This document shows, piece by piece, positions 1 through 10,700 of a stretch of DNA of 35,948 nt. Within the stretch, counting starts at the first letter, position 1; each line of letters starts with the position of its first letter. This DNA comes from Nitrospiraceae bacterium. Its GTDB lineage: Bacteria > Nitrospirota > Nitrospiria > Nitrospirales > Nitrospiraceae. A program made the position numbers and the translations under genes. The stretch spans positions 1 through 35,948 of the forward strand of contig JBFWWG010000020.1 of the NCBI GenBank assembly GCA_050246315.1, given 5' to 3'. The notes under the pieces are model-generated. The model did no database searches and was not told the origin of the DNA. It was given only the letters and a program-made list of their open reading frames with translations.

Positions 1-323
1 TCTTCGGAAATGATCGTAGACTCGACGAAGCGATCTCCTCCGTGGACCACCCGATGGCCGACCGCGGCGATTCCATTGAGCGAGCCGGCCAGACGATCGA
101 AGATCTCCCGCAGCGCCTGGGCATGGTCTCGTATTTCTGCGCTCGCGGACCGACCGTCCCCATGCTCGCCTACCACCTCGAAGCTGGCCTGGGTTCCGAT
201 TCCCTTGACCGAGCCTTGGAGCAAAGCCGAACCCGCTGTCAGGTCGCCGGTTGACTCCTCAACCACGTCCACAAGCCGAAACTTGATCGACGAGCTGCCG
301 CTGTTGATCACCAGGACCTTCAT
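1..323 (-). CDS. ackA: Acetate kinase, 5' part (runs off the left edge of the window)
   Basis: Manual translation from ATG at 323: MKVLVINSGSSSIKFRLVD...DHAQAL...IAAVGHRVVHGGDRF. Contains both acetate kinase signatures (VINSGSSSIK and GHRVVHGG). Absent from the ORF track because there is no stop in the window. Confidence 0.93.
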   Translation of the reverse strand, partial: MKVLVINSGSSSIKFRLVDVVEESTGDLTAGSALLQGSVKGIGTQASFEVVGEHGDGRSASAEIRDHAQALREIFDRLAGSLNGIAAVGHRVVHGGDRFVESTIISE

Positions 324-361
324 GTCAACATGGCAGCCACGTGGGATACGAACGGCGACCG

Positions 362-1429
362 TCAGTCATCGTGCCATTCTGAACGATGCACCTCCGCCGC
401 CAGACCGGACTGATCGCCTTCCAATGAGTGGGTATATCGACCCAGGGTCGCCGCGCTGTTGCACTTGGCCCGGTGGGAGAACGCCTGCTGCGCCGCGTGC
501 AGGTTTTCTGGCTTGCCGCGCCAGGCTTCCATCGCGGAATCTTGCAGGGCCCGCCCGTAAGAGAAGCTGATGCTCCAGGGCTTCGGTGGATCGAGCCTGT
601 TGATCGCATTCAGATGGGAGGTGGCCAGAATGTCGCTTTGGCCGCCGGATAGAAAGACGATGCCAGGGACCGCACTTGGAACATGCCGCCGCAGAGATCG
701 CAACGTTGCCGTGGCGACCTCCTCGATCGATGCCTGAGTGCGGCAATCCTTCCCAGAGACCACCATGTTCGGTTTGAGGAGCATCCCTTCGAGGCTGACA
801 CGCTGTCCGTACAGTGAGTCGAACACCGCGTGGAGCACCGAGCCGGTCACTTCCTCGCAGCGATCGATGGTGTGAGCCCCATCCATCAGTACCTCAGGCT
901 CCACGATCGGCACGAGGTTTTGTTCCTGGCACAGTGCGGCGTACCGGGCCAGCGCGTGGGCGTTGGCCTGTACACACATCGGGCTGGGTAGCGTCTCGCT
1001 GATACGAATCACCGCCCTCCATTTGGCGAATCGCGCCCCTCTCGAGGCATAATCCTTGAGTCGCTCCCGAAGACCGTCAAGTCCTTCGGTCACGGTCTCG
1101 TCCGATGAGCCGGCGAGGGGCTTTGCACCAGAGTCCACTTTGATCCCAGGGATGATCCCTTGACGGGACAATACCTCGGGCAAGGCCGCTCCCGAGCTGC
1201 TTTTCTGCCGAATGGTTTCGTCTTGCAGGATCACGCCGCTGATGAACGAGGCGATATCGGGAGTGGTGAAGAACAACTCTCGGTAGGCGCGGCGGCTGTC
1301 TTGGGTCGATTCAATCTTGAGCGAGGCAAACCGCTTTGTGAGGGTGTGAACCGTTTCATCTGCCGCCAGGATGCCCTTGCCCTCGGCGACCAATGCCCTT
1401 GCTGTCAGATCCAGTTCCTGTCGCCCCAT
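362..1429 (-). CDS. fba: Class I fructose-bisphosphate aldolase (eukaryote-like glycolytic family)
   Basis: Motifs GKGILAADE, GIKVD, FAKWR, LVPIVEPE, LLKPNMV (Schiff-base Lys), FLSGGQS, SFSYGRALQ. Start moved to MGRQEL at 1429, which has an AAGGAG RBS. Confidence 0.95.
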   Translation of the reverse strand: MGRQELDLTARALVAEGKGILAADETVHTLTKRFASLKIESTQDSRRAYRELFFTTPDIASFISGVILQDETIRQKSSSGAALPEVLSRQGIIPGIKVDSGAKPLAGSSDETVTEGLDGLRERLKDYASRGARFAKWRAVIRISETLPSPMCVQANAHALARYAALCQEQNLVPIVEPEVLMDGAHTIDRCEEVTGSVLHAVFDSLYGQRVSLEGMLLKPNMVVSGKDCRTQASIEEVATATLRSLRRHVPSAVPGIVFLSGGQSDILATSHLNAINRLDPPKPWSISFSYGRALQDSAMEAWRGKPENLHAAQQAFSHRAKCNSAATLGRYTHSLEGDQSGLAAEVHRSEWHDD

Positions 1430-1531
1430 GTCCGCTCTCCTTGGATTTCTACTCTCCGGCCGGCTTTGTATCGTCCGATTGTTTCTTATCCCCAGTTTAT
1501 ACACGTTATACACGAGGAGTGAAACGGATCA

Positions 1532-1551
1532 TACTGTCAAAAATGACAGGC
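1532..1551. promoter_or_regulatory. Palindromic operator TACTGTCAAAAATGACAGGC (box 1), upstream of fba in the fba/pfp divergent region
   Basis: Perfect CTGTCA-N4-TGACAG. On the minus strand TATAAC (1510-1505) starts 22 nt beyond the box edge. Confidence 0.7.
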
Positions 1552-1823
1552 TTGCCTTTTGCTGGCTTCGCATTGTCGAATAGCGTTCCCTTATTGCCGT
1601 ATCCTCAGTCGGTGGATTGGAGCTGGAGCAAGAGAAGTGCCATGATTTGCCCCGCCTAGATCCGGCTGTGTGGCTCTTGTGGTGAGGCAGCATCGTAGTG
1701 AGGCAACATAGGCTGTGTGCCAGAAACAATCAGGTAAGCGTCGTTCTCTGTGGCGGTTTGCAACAGGACCATCGATAGTGATGTCCCAATAGGTCGCAAC
1801 AATGAAAACAAGGAGTAGGCACA

Positions 1824-3080
1824 ATGACGGAGACAGTCGCCATATTGGTCGGCGGGGGGCCGGCCCCCGGTATCAATGGTGTGATCAGCGCTGCCACGAT
1901 TCGATGTCTGGTGGAGGGCTGGAAGGTCCTCGGCATCGAGCAGGGTTTCAAGTGGATCATGCAAGGCGATGTGAGTAAAGTCACGCCGCTGACCCTTGAA
2001 CAGGTCAGCCGGCTTCATTTTCGAGGCGGATCGGTCCTCAAGACGGCCCGAGCCAACCCAACTAAAAACCCGGCCCACCTGGCTCAAGTGTTGCGGAGTC
2101 TGGAGCGGCTCGGCGTGACGGGACTGATCACGATCGGCGGGGATGACACCTGCTTCTCCGCGCTTTCACTGGAACGGGCCGCCCAAGGCCGCCTGCGCGT
2201 CGTTCACGTGCCTAAGACCATCGACAACGATCTCGATCTTCCGCAAGGAGTCCCCACCTTCGGATTTCAGACCGCCAGGCACCTGGGGACCTATGCGGTC
2301 GAAAGCATCCTTGAGGATGCGCGCACGACCGGCCGCTGGTTTTTCGTCGTGACCATGGGACGCAAAGCTGGCCATCTTGCGTTGGGCATCGGCAAAGCCG
2401 CCGGAGCGACGCTCACGGTGATTCCGGAAGAGTTTACGGAACGACCCGTGAGGCTGGCAAAGGTGGCAGATATTCTCGCAGGCGCGATCATCAAACGGCT
2501 GAGCCAGGGCAGAGAGGACGGGGTGGCCGTCATCGCCGAGGGCGTCGCGGAGATCATGAACCCTGACGATCTCAGCGCGTTGTCATCCGTCGCTCGCGAC
2601 GAACACGGCCATGTCGAACTGGCCGATCTCGACCTGGGGCGAGCGCTAAAAGAAGAGGTCCTCAAACGGTTGGCGCCCTACGGTCTCGCCCCGACCATCA
2701 GGCTCAAGGATCTGGGATTCGAATTGCGATGCGCGGATCCCATCCCGTTCGATATGGAATATTGTCGCGATCTGGGCTGCTGTGCCGCAGAGTTTTTGAT
2801 CGCAGGCCGTACGGGAGCGATGGTGTCGATCGTCAACGGAGGGTCATCGCCAATCCCGTTCAGCACGATTCTCGATCCGGCCACGCAGCGGACGCGAGTT
2901 CGAATGGTGGATGTGGCCGCCGAGTCCTATCGGCTCGCCCGCCGCTACATGATCCGATTGGACAAGAGCGATTTCGAAGAGAGCGAGCGGCTCATCAAAT
3001 GTGCTGCGGTGGTCGGTCACACTCCCGAGGCCTTCCGAGAACGATTTTCGCTCGTCGTTGAGCATGAACCGTCTTGGTGA
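1824..3080 (+). CDS. pfp: 6-phosphofructokinase, probably pyrophosphate-dependent
   Basis: GGGPAPG, IGGDDT, PKTIDND, MGR motifs. GGDD plus Lys in PKTIDND is the PPi-type signature. AAGGAG RBS. Confidence 0.9.
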   Translation: MTETVAILVGGGPAPGINGVISAATIRCLVEGWKVLGIEQGFKWIMQGDVSKVTPLTLEQVSRLHFRGGSVLKTARANPTKNPAHLAQVLRSLERLGVTGLITIGGDDTCFSALSLERAAQGRLRVVHVPKTIDNDLDLPQGVPTFGFQTARHLGTYAVESILEDARTTGRWFFVVTMGRKAGHLALGIGKAAGATLTVIPEEFTERPVRLAKVADILAGAIIKRLSQGREDGVAVIAEGVAEIMNPDDLSALSSVARDEHGHVELADLDLGRALKEEVLKRLAPYGLAPTIRLKDLGFELRCADPIPFDMEYCRDLGCCAAEFLIAGRTGAMVSIVNGGSSPIPFSTILDPATQRTRVRMVDVAAESYRLARRYMIRLDKSDFEESERLIKCAAVVGHTPEAFRERFSLVVEHEPSW

Positions 3081-4101
3081 ACGACTCCCGATCTTCCAAG
3101 GCTGCCGGTTCGCCCTCGTCGTCGTCTTGGTCTCGATAGGCCTGTCCCTTTTCGCCTCGCCGGCGAAGGCGGAGTGGAGGGTCAACGGGATGGCCATTCT
3201 CTTCTGGACGGACGACATCGGTATTTTTTCCGCCACTCGACGCTTGTCGCGCGACGGCGATCCGACCCAGCCGGCGCTCGACTCCCGCCTGACCGACAAA
3301 GGCTCGTCTTTCGGATTAGACCCGCAACTGACGGTCTCCAATACGGTCCATAACCGGCTTGGAAAACTGGAACTGAGCGCCCGAGGCCAAGGTTTTATCT
3401 TCACGGAGGACTCTCGCTTCAACCAGGGCATGCTCCGGCTCCAAGCCATTCAGGCGTTTTCCTCCGAGACGCGACTGCGGTTGCGATACGAGTATATGCC
3501 GAATCAGTTTCTGGGCGATAACGAGGACCGGCGACCCGGAGAGCTCGGTCTTGCGGAGGAAATCCTCACGAGCAGTATCTGGTCCGCCCGAATCGAACAA
3601 CGCCTCACTCCCGATCTGGACGTGATGTTGCTGGGGCGATTCGGCACGCGCCGGTACAACGATGCCTTTGCGGAGCGGGATACCAACTTCTGGACCATCG
3701 GACCGCATGTGGACTGGCGGGTGTCGAGGCGCGTGAAACTCGGGTTTGGCTACCACTTCGAGCAGGGTCTGGCCGATGGTCGCAACCAGCCGCAGTTCGA
3801 AGACGACGTGTCCTACATCAACCACTATCTGACGACCGAGGTGGACATTGAATTGACGGAGCGGTGGTCCCTTCAGATGGCTGCGCACTACGAGCGCAAT
3901 ATCTGGACGAGCACGATCGTGGGAGATGAACGCAACGGCGCGCACGAGACGATCGTGCAAGGAGAACTCATTCTCGTTCGCCAGGTCACGGAACGGGTTC
4001 AGGCCTTTGCCGGCTTTCAGCGCTCAAGCCGGAAACAGAGCTTCGAGACCGACGGGGTCAAGAATACGAACGTGGGCATCGGCATCTCGGCGACGTTCTA
4101 G
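3064..4101 (+). CDS. Predicted outer-membrane beta-barrel protein
   Basis: Signal peptide ending SPAKA, amphipathic beta-strand pattern, C-terminal GIGISATF (terminal Phe). The start overlaps the 3' end of pfp; exact start uncertain. Confidence 0.75.
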   Translation: MNRLGERLPIFQGCRFALVVVLVSIGLSLFASPAKAEWRVNGMAILFWTDDIGIFSATRRLSRDGDPTQPALDSRLTDKGSSFGLDPQLTVSNTVHNRLGKLELSARGQGFIFTEDSRFNQGMLRLQAIQAFSSETRLRLRYEYMPNQFLGDNEDRRPGELGLAEEILTSSIWSARIEQRLTPDLDVMLLGRFGTRRYNDAFAERDTNFWTIGPHVDWRVSRRVKLGFGYHFEQGLADGRNQPQFEDDVSYINHYLTTEVDIELTERWSLQMAAHYERNIWTSTIVGDERNGAHETIVQGELILVRQVTERVQAFAGFQRSSRKQSFETDGVKNTNVGIGISATF

Positions 4102-4286
4102 TCCGCATTATTCATGAACGTTTCTACTGCAATTGCGGATTCGCTGCTGCGACAAGCCTGGCCAGTCGAAGGGATTTCTCCGGCGGCCAATGAGCGCAGA
4201 GGAATTGAAATACGGACAGCGGGTCTCTCCGCCGAGGATGGTCGTATCGAAGGTGCAACGTCACGAAGCGTCGTGGATAATGAGGG
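4102..4286. mobile_element. MITE-like element, family F1 (TIR about CCCGCATTATTCATGA), degenerate copy
   Basis: Left end TCCGCATTATTCATGA follows CTAG (which contains the upstream gene's stop codon). Right end TCGTGGATAATGAGGG precedes CTAA. The first ~85 bp closely match 31569-31654. Confidence 0.75.
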
Positions 4287-4302
4287 CTAACTTTCTCCGC
4301 CG

Positions 4303-4332
4303 TTGACCGAGACGACGGAGGGATGCTACCTT
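4303..4332 (+). promoter_or_regulatory. Putative sigma70-type promoter of atpG
   Basis: TTGACC (4303-4308), 18-bp spacer, extended -10 TGcTACCTT (4324-4332). Confidence 0.45.
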
Positions 4333-4397
4333 TGCTGCCTCAGCGCCGTGCGAACGAGGAGATCCACCGGATCTCTGCAACCTTGTAAAAGGATCCC

Positions 4398-5294
4398 ATG
4401 CCAAGCCTTCAATCCGTCAGACGGAAAATCGATTCCGTCAAGAAAACCCAGAAGATCACCAAGGCCATGAAGATGGTGGCCGCCGCGAAACTGAAGCGCA
4501 TGCAGGATCGCATTCTGGCGGCGCGGCCATACGCCCACAAGATGCGGGACTCGATCCGCAACCTCAGCCGGCGGGTCAATCGCGACGCGCATCCGCTGTT
4601 GAGGAAGCGGGAGGCCCAGCGTATCGTGGTCGCGGTGGTGACGAGCGACCGCGGATTGTGCGGCGCCTTTAACGCCAACATTCTCCGGACGGCGGCCCAT
4701 GCGCTGAGGGAGTTCGAGGCCGCCGGCGCCCAGGTTGAGGTGGCGGTGATCGGTCGGAAAGGCCGGGACTTCTTTCGACGGCGGAATTGGAAGGTGCGCC
4801 GCGAAGTCGTGGATATCTTCGACAAGTTGAGCTTCGAGCACGGGATGTTGTTGGGTACGGAGCTGCAAGCCATCGACGACTATGTGAATGGTCGCATCGA
4901 TGCGGTCTACGCGATTTACAATGAGTTCAAATCGGCCATACAACAGCGCATCGTTGTCGAACGGATGTTGCCGATCGATTGGATCGTCGAGATCGCCGAT
5001 GTGAAGGAGGCTGAACAAGGCACCGAAGCGATGCCGGGCTCCTATCTGTATGAGCCGAGCGAGGATGAACTATTGGAACAGCTCCTCCACCGAAACTTCC
5101 ACGTTCAGGCGTACCGCATTCTGCTCGAATCCTCGGCAGCCGAACAAGGCGCCCGCATGGCGGCCATGGACGGGGCCACGCGAAACGCCGGCGAGCTCAT
5201 CAAGAAATTGACGATCTATTACAACAAGACCAGGCAAGCGGCGATCACCAAAGAGCTGATGGATATCGTCGGCGGCGCCGAGGCCTTGAAATAA
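4398..5294 (+). CDS. atpG: F1 ATP synthase gamma subunit, stand-alone
   Basis: KITKAMKMVAAAKL, TSDRGLCGAFN, ARMAAMDGATRNA and RQAAITKELMDIVGGAEAL motifs; 298 aa intact. No other atp genes flank it. Confidence 0.96.
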   Translation: MPSLQSVRRKIDSVKKTQKITKAMKMVAAAKLKRMQDRILAARPYAHKMRDSIRNLSRRVNRDAHPLLRKREAQRIVVAVVTSDRGLCGAFNANILRTAAHALREFEAAGAQVEVAVIGRKGRDFFRRRNWKVRREVVDIFDKLSFEHGMLLGTELQAIDDYVNGRIDAVYAIYNEFKSAIQQRIVVERMLPIDWIVEIADVKEAEQGTEAMPGSYLYEPSEDELLEQLLHRNFHVQAYRILLESSAAEQGARMAAMDGATRNAGELIKKLTIYYNKTRQAAITKELMDIVGGAEALK

Positions 5295-5610
5295 CTCTCG
5301 CCCATGATCTTCTTGCACTGGTGAACTCCGCTTTTCTCTGACCCAATCTCGTCGAGACTGGTTATGGCTGGGTGACTGATCTCTTGCGAGTCACTCTGAT
5401 GCGCGTGGTGGTGCTTCAGTAGCCTTGGCCGACGGCTCAGTGCAGCCGGGACGTGCCACGAGCAGTGGAAACGAGACAAGACACAGACTCAGAACATGTG
5501 ATCGTGTGTCGATGGGATGTAGGGCGCCACGGATGCGGCCCATGCTTGGGTTGCAAACAGCGCGTGTGTCTCGCGAGACCATCTCGCGACCGAACACGTC
5601 AGGTAGAAGA

Positions 5611-6048
5611 TCATGGCACCTTGGTAAATTCACCGTGATATCGATCCCCTGTTTCGCGACTGGTCGAATCGACGGCAAGCACCGGTCGTCCCGCATGGTC
5701 GTATAATGTAAGGGTGACGGCACGGCGCCTGGTATTCCCGATCAACCGACCGTCTCGTAGCTCAAGGGACCCGGCCCCGACTGCTGCATTCTCACCACTC
5801 TGTCCGACGAATTGATAGGTCGCGTTCTCGTGGATCATGAGATAGACGGAACCTGTCGAGAAGGTTGAACCTTCTTTCTTCACGGTGCCTTCCCATTTCC
5901 CGATCACCATGTTGAGATCGGTCATCTCAACTAGTCTCCAGGTCGGACCTTTGTAGAGAGGTTCGCCGGAACATCCCACTAATATTCCCAGCACGAGAAT
6001 GCCGCCATAAAGGCGGAGCTGGTTTGCTAATTTAGCAAGTGGATTCAT
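5611..6048 (-). CDS. Hypothetical lipoprotein
   Basis: Start MNPLAKL with GGAG RBS, hydrophobic segment ending in lipobox LVGC, beta-rich mature region. Confidence 0.7.
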   Translation of the reverse strand: MNPLAKLANQLRLYGGILVLGILVGCSGEPLYKGPTWRLVEMTDLNMVIGKWEGTVKKEGSTFSTGSVYLMIHENATYQFVGQSGENAAVGAGSLELRDGRLIGNTRRRAVTLTLYDHAGRPVLAVDSTSRETGDRYHGEFTKVP

Positions 6049-6063
6049 ACGAATCTCCACAAG

Positions 6064-6210
6064 GCGACCTGCCCGCTCTACCACACTTCGTGTGAGCCGG
6101 CGGCTGATGGGGCAGAGCCCAGCTTCATTGTTGCCGCCGGAGAAATCCCTTCCATCGGCCATGGCCCAGACAACGGATGGAACGTCACGAACCGTCATGA
6201 ATAACGTGGG
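6064..6210. repeat. Rearranged F1 repeat fragment
   Basis: 6064-6148 matches the reverse complement of internal parts of the 31569-31930 element (e.g. GCCGCCGGAGAAATCCCTTC). 6183-6210 matches its right end (ACGAACCGTCATGAATAA..TGGG). Confidence 0.65.
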
Positions 6211-6287
6211 TGCATGAAACGAGCGCACGCAATGCGCAGGTCACGGGAGACGCACAGACACTCGGAAGGAATCGTCAACTCTCGATC

Positions 6288-7760
6288 TTACTGTTGCGCC
6301 ACCTTTGAAGCAGGAGCGGATTCGTACGGACCGGCGGGCGACCAGCCTCCGCCTAAGGCCTTATAGAGTTGGACGACCGACACCAGTTGCGTCCGGCGAG
6401 TCCTCGCCAGCGACAACTCGGCATCGAACAGGGTCCTCTGCGCGGTGAGCACGTCGAGATAACTGGCTCGGCCGCCCTGGTAACGAAGGTCGGCCATTTC
6501 GAGCGCCGATCGAAGCGATTTGACCTGCGCTTCCTGCGCCTCCCGTTGCTCGCGCGACTTTTGCACGGCGATCAGCGCGTCTTCGACTTCCTTGAAGGCC
6601 GTCACGATGGCCTTCTCATATTGCAACGACGCCTGCTTGGTTCGCGCTTCCGCCACGGTCACCTGATACCCGAGCGACGTAGCGTTGAGCAGCGGCCCGG
6701 CGACGGAAGCCCCGGCGAATTGCGTGAACGCGACGCCCGGCGCGAACGCATTGATCTGCGGATTGGCGACGCCCAAGGCGCCTGTGAGCGATAGTTGAGG
6801 AAACCGTGATGCCTGAGCCACCCCAATGGTGGCGGTGGCCGCCGTCAAATCCTGTTCCGCTTTCAGGATGTCTGGCCGGCGCTGTAGCAAATCAGAGGGG
6901 AGTCCGGCCGGCACCTGCGGCGGCATGACCTGTCCGGTCAACGCGATCCCCCGTGGAACTTGGGCGGGCTTCCGTCCCAGCAGGAGGCTGATCTGGTTTT
7001 CCTTCTGAACTTCCTGCCGTTCTAAATCAGCGAGCTGCGCGGCCGCGTTGGCGCGCTCGGCTTCGAAACGGTCCAAATCGAGCTTCGGGATTACTCCCTG
7101 CTCCAATTTCACGCGCGAGATTCTGACGGTATCATCCCACGCCTTCAGCGTCCGCTTAGTGATCTCGACTTGGAGGTCCAACTGCCGAAGGTCGAAGTAG
7201 GCCTCGGCGACATTGCTGACGAGACCCAGAATGACCGCCCGCTGCGCTTCTTGTCGTGAGAGGAGTTGGGCCCTGGCGGCCTCGATCGATCGGCGAATCT
7301 TCCCCCAGATATCCACTTCCCACTTGAGGCCCGCGAAGGCGTTCTGATTCGAGAGCGTCGCTCCGTCTGCGGCCAGCCCGGGGATGAACACCCCACCTCC
7401 TCCTGGAGACGGAATGCCGACGGCATTCCGGTTCGCGTTATAGATGAAGGCCTGACCGCCGTAGTCCAATGACGGAGCGAGATCGAATCGTGAAATCACG
7501 AGTTGGGCTTGGAATTCCTCGACCGATGCCGCAGCCGTTCGGACATCCTGGTTTTCTTCGAGGGCGGTTCGGATGAGCCGTTGGAGTTCGGGGTCCTTCA
7601 GCAGGTCCCACCAAGGCAGGTTCGCGATGGATTCAGAGGTCGCCGGCGCCAGGCGCCAGGCATCGCCCGTCGGAGTGTCCGGACGGGCATAATCCGGACC
7701 CATGCTACAGGCGGTCATGAGCGGGAGCGCAGCGAGCGCGGCGAGCCGGCGACAAATCAT
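6288..7760 (-). CDS. RND efflux outer-membrane factor lipoprotein (OprM/NodT family)
   Basis: Lipobox MTAC, WW...DPEL, LPSDLLQRRPDI, LYKALGGGW. TGATG coupling to the RND gene. Confidence 0.95.
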   Translation of the reverse strand: MICRRLAALAALPLMTACSMGPDYARPDTPTGDAWRLAPATSESIANLPWWDLLKDPELQRLIRTALEENQDVRTAAASVEEFQAQLVISRFDLAPSLDYGGQAFIYNANRNAVGIPSPGGGGVFIPGLAADGATLSNQNAFAGLKWEVDIWGKIRRSIEAARAQLLSRQEAQRAVILGLVSNVAEAYFDLRQLDLQVEITKRTLKAWDDTVRISRVKLEQGVIPKLDLDRFEAERANAAAQLADLERQEVQKENQISLLLGRKPAQVPRGIALTGQVMPPQVPAGLPSDLLQRRPDILKAEQDLTAATATIGVAQASRFPQLSLTGALGVANPQINAFAPGVAFTQFAGASVAGPLLNATSLGYQVTVAEARTKQASLQYEKAIVTAFKEVEDALIAVQKSREQREAQEAQVKSLRSALEMADLRYQGGRASYLDVLTAQRTLFDAELSLARTRRTQLVSVVQLYKALGGGWSPAGPYESAPASKVAQQ

Positions 7761-10700
7761 CAATGTTCTCCCTCCAAACGTGCGTGCGCCGGAAGCGGTT
7801 CCGGTCGCGGTGCGACCTGCGGTGAGCGGCCGTCGCCGGCGGAATTCAGCGCACCCGGCGGCGGGGCGCCTGGCTTCGGGTGGTCGTGCCGATGGGACAA
7901 TTTCTCGACGACATAGAACGTCACGGGGATCAGAAAGATCGCGATAAGACTGGCGGTGAGCATGCCCCCCAGTACCGTGATGCCGAGCATGATGCGCGAG
8001 GCCGCTCCGGCGCCCGATGAGAAGACGAGCGGGAGAAGGCCGAAGATGAAGGCAAACGCCGTCATCAGAATCGGGCGCAGCCGCAGCCGCGCGCCGGCCA
8101 GCGCGGCGTCGCTGATCGATTTGCCCTTTTCGTATTCCACTTTGGCAAATTCCACGATCAGGATGGCGTTTTTAGCGGCCAACCCGATGAGCATGACCAA
8201 CCCGATCTGAGTAAAGACGTTGTTTTCGAGCCCGAGGAGCCAGAGCGCCCCGAAGGCTCCGAAAACCGCGATGGGTGTCCCCAACAACACGCTGAAGGGA
8301 AGGCTCCAACTCTCGTACTGGGCCGCCAAAATCAAGAACACGAACAGAAGCGAAAAGCCGAAGATGACACTGGCCGGTACGCCTTCGGCTGCGACCTTTT
8401 CTTGAAACGACATGCCCAGGTAGTCGTACCCCATTTCGCGCGGCATCGTGTCGGCAAAGACCTCTTCGAGCGCCGCCATGGCTTGCCCGGAGCTGTAGCC
8501 AGGAGCCGCGGAGACCAGTAACTGTGCCGAACGATATTCGTTGAACCGCATCGTGAACTCCGGGCCGTAGATGGTCTCCATGGTCACCAGCGTTGAAAGC
8601 GGCACCATGGCGCCGTCCGCATTGCGGACGTAGAACTGGCCGACATTTTCGGCCTTGGTCCGGAACTCGCCTTCCGATTGGAGGTACACCTGCCACACTC
8701 GGCCGAATCGGTTGAAGTAGTTCACCATCGACCCCCCCATGAAGGCCTGGAGAGTCTGATAGACGTCGCCTAGATTCACCCCCTGCTTGAGCACCTTCTC
8801 GCGATCGACCCGTGCGAAAACCTGGGGGACGCTGGGGATGAATGTGGTGTTCACCGAGGCGATTTCAGGACGCTTCCGAACGGCTTCCATGAACCGTTCG
8901 GTCTGTTCCGCGAGAAACCCGACATCCTTGCCGGACCGGTCTTCGAGAACAAACGTCACGCCTCCGGATGTCCCGACGCCGGGGATTGCCGGCGGCGGAA
9001 ACGCAAAGGCTACCGCCTCCGGCAATTGCTTCAGCTCCCGGTTGAGATGTTGAAAGATGGCCCGGAGCCCCTCTTCGGGTTTGGTCCGTTCATGCCAGGG
9101 AGCGAGGGTTACGAAAAAGAACGCGTTATAGGTCGTGCTGGCCGTGCTGAGAAGACTGAACCCGACCACGGCGGACGCAAACTGGACACCCGGGGATTCT
9201 TTCAGGATCTGTTCTATCTTCTTGGCCACCTGGTCGGTGCGTTGGAGCGATGAGGCGACCGGGAGCTGGACGTTGAGATAGAGGTAGCCTTGATCCTCAA
9301 TCGGAAGAAATCCGCTCGGGAGACGTGCGCCCAACAGGCCTGCGAGGACGGAGACGAGGACGAGAAAGACCATGGACCGCCCAGCCTTCCGAATGAAATA
9401 GCCGCAGAGCCCGACATAGCCGTCCGTCGCCCGCCCAAACCATCGGTTGAACCAATTGAAAAACAGGCCCATCGGGCCTCGCGTCTCTTGCCGTGGGCGA
9501 AGCAACAGCGCCGATAAGGCAGGGCTCAGCGTGAGTGCGTTGAAGGCGGAGATGACGACGGAGACGGCGATCGTGACGGCGAACTGCTGATAGAGCCGTC
9601 CGGTAATGCCGGGGATGAAGGCAGTCGGTACAAAGACCGCCGCCAGGATCAGCGCGATGGCCACCACCGGTCCGGAGACCTCCTCCATCGCCTTCAGGCT
9701 GGCCTCCTTGGGAGAGAGGCCGTGCTCAATGTGATGCTCGACCGCTTCGACGACCACGATAGCGTCATCCACCACGAGACCGATCGCGAGCACCAGTCCA
9801 AACAGCGACAGCGTGTTGATCGAGAAGCCGAGCAGCGGGAAGACCGTGAAGGCGCCGACCAGCGAGACCGGGACGGCCAGCATGGGAATCAAGGTCGCCC
9901 GCCATCCTTGCAAGAACACGAAGACGACGATGATCACGAGGACCAGCGCTTCCCAGAGCGTGGTCACGATTTCCTTAATCCCCTCGCGGACCGCCTGGGT
10001 CGTATCCAACGAGACGACATAGTCGAGATCCCCCGGGAACCGCTCCTTCATCTCCTCCATGAGCTTTGTCGCGCGATCCATCGTGTCGATGGCATTGGAG
10101 CCCGGGAGCTGATAGATCGCAATGAGGGCGGCCGGCCGGCCGTTCATCCGGCTGATCATGTTGTACATCTGCGCGCCCAGCTCGATCCTGGCGACGTCCT
10201 TGAGCCGCACGAGAGACCCGTCGGCATTCGCGCGAATGACGATTTGTCCGAACTGCCCCTCGTCCTGCAGGCGCCCCTGCGCTCGAACGCTATAGGTAAA
10301 CTCCTGGCCCTGCGGCACCGGCTCGGCGCCGATCTGCCCGGCGGGGTTCACCGTGTTCTGTTTCTTGATCGCGTCGACGATCTCCGGCACCGTGATGCCG
10401 AGTTTGGCCAGGACGTCGGGCCGTACCCAGAACCGCATCGCATACTGCCCCGCTCCGAAAACCTGTACCTGGCCGACGCCCGGGACGCGGGTCATGGGAT
10501 CGTTGATGTTCACGTAGGCATAGTTGGAGAGCCAGATGTTGTCATACGTACCCTTGGGCGAGTACAGGGAAAACAGGGCGAGAGGACTGGTCGTCGCCTT
10601 CTTGACCGTGACGCCGAAGTTCTTGACCTCGGGCGGCAACTGGGATTCCGCTTGCGCATAGCGCATCTGTGCGAGGATCTGATCGTCGTTCGGCCTGGTC

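Noticed and set aside
1497..1514. Tandem TTATACACG x2 resembling DnaA boxes (8/9 to TTATNCACA)
   Set aside because: Only two copies, no AT-rich unwinding element or dnaA context; better explained as the minus-strand -10 region of the fba promoter.
5295..5610. Hairpins and short ORFs between atpG and the lipoprotein gene
   Set aside because: No recognisable RNA family or protein motif; stems are short.
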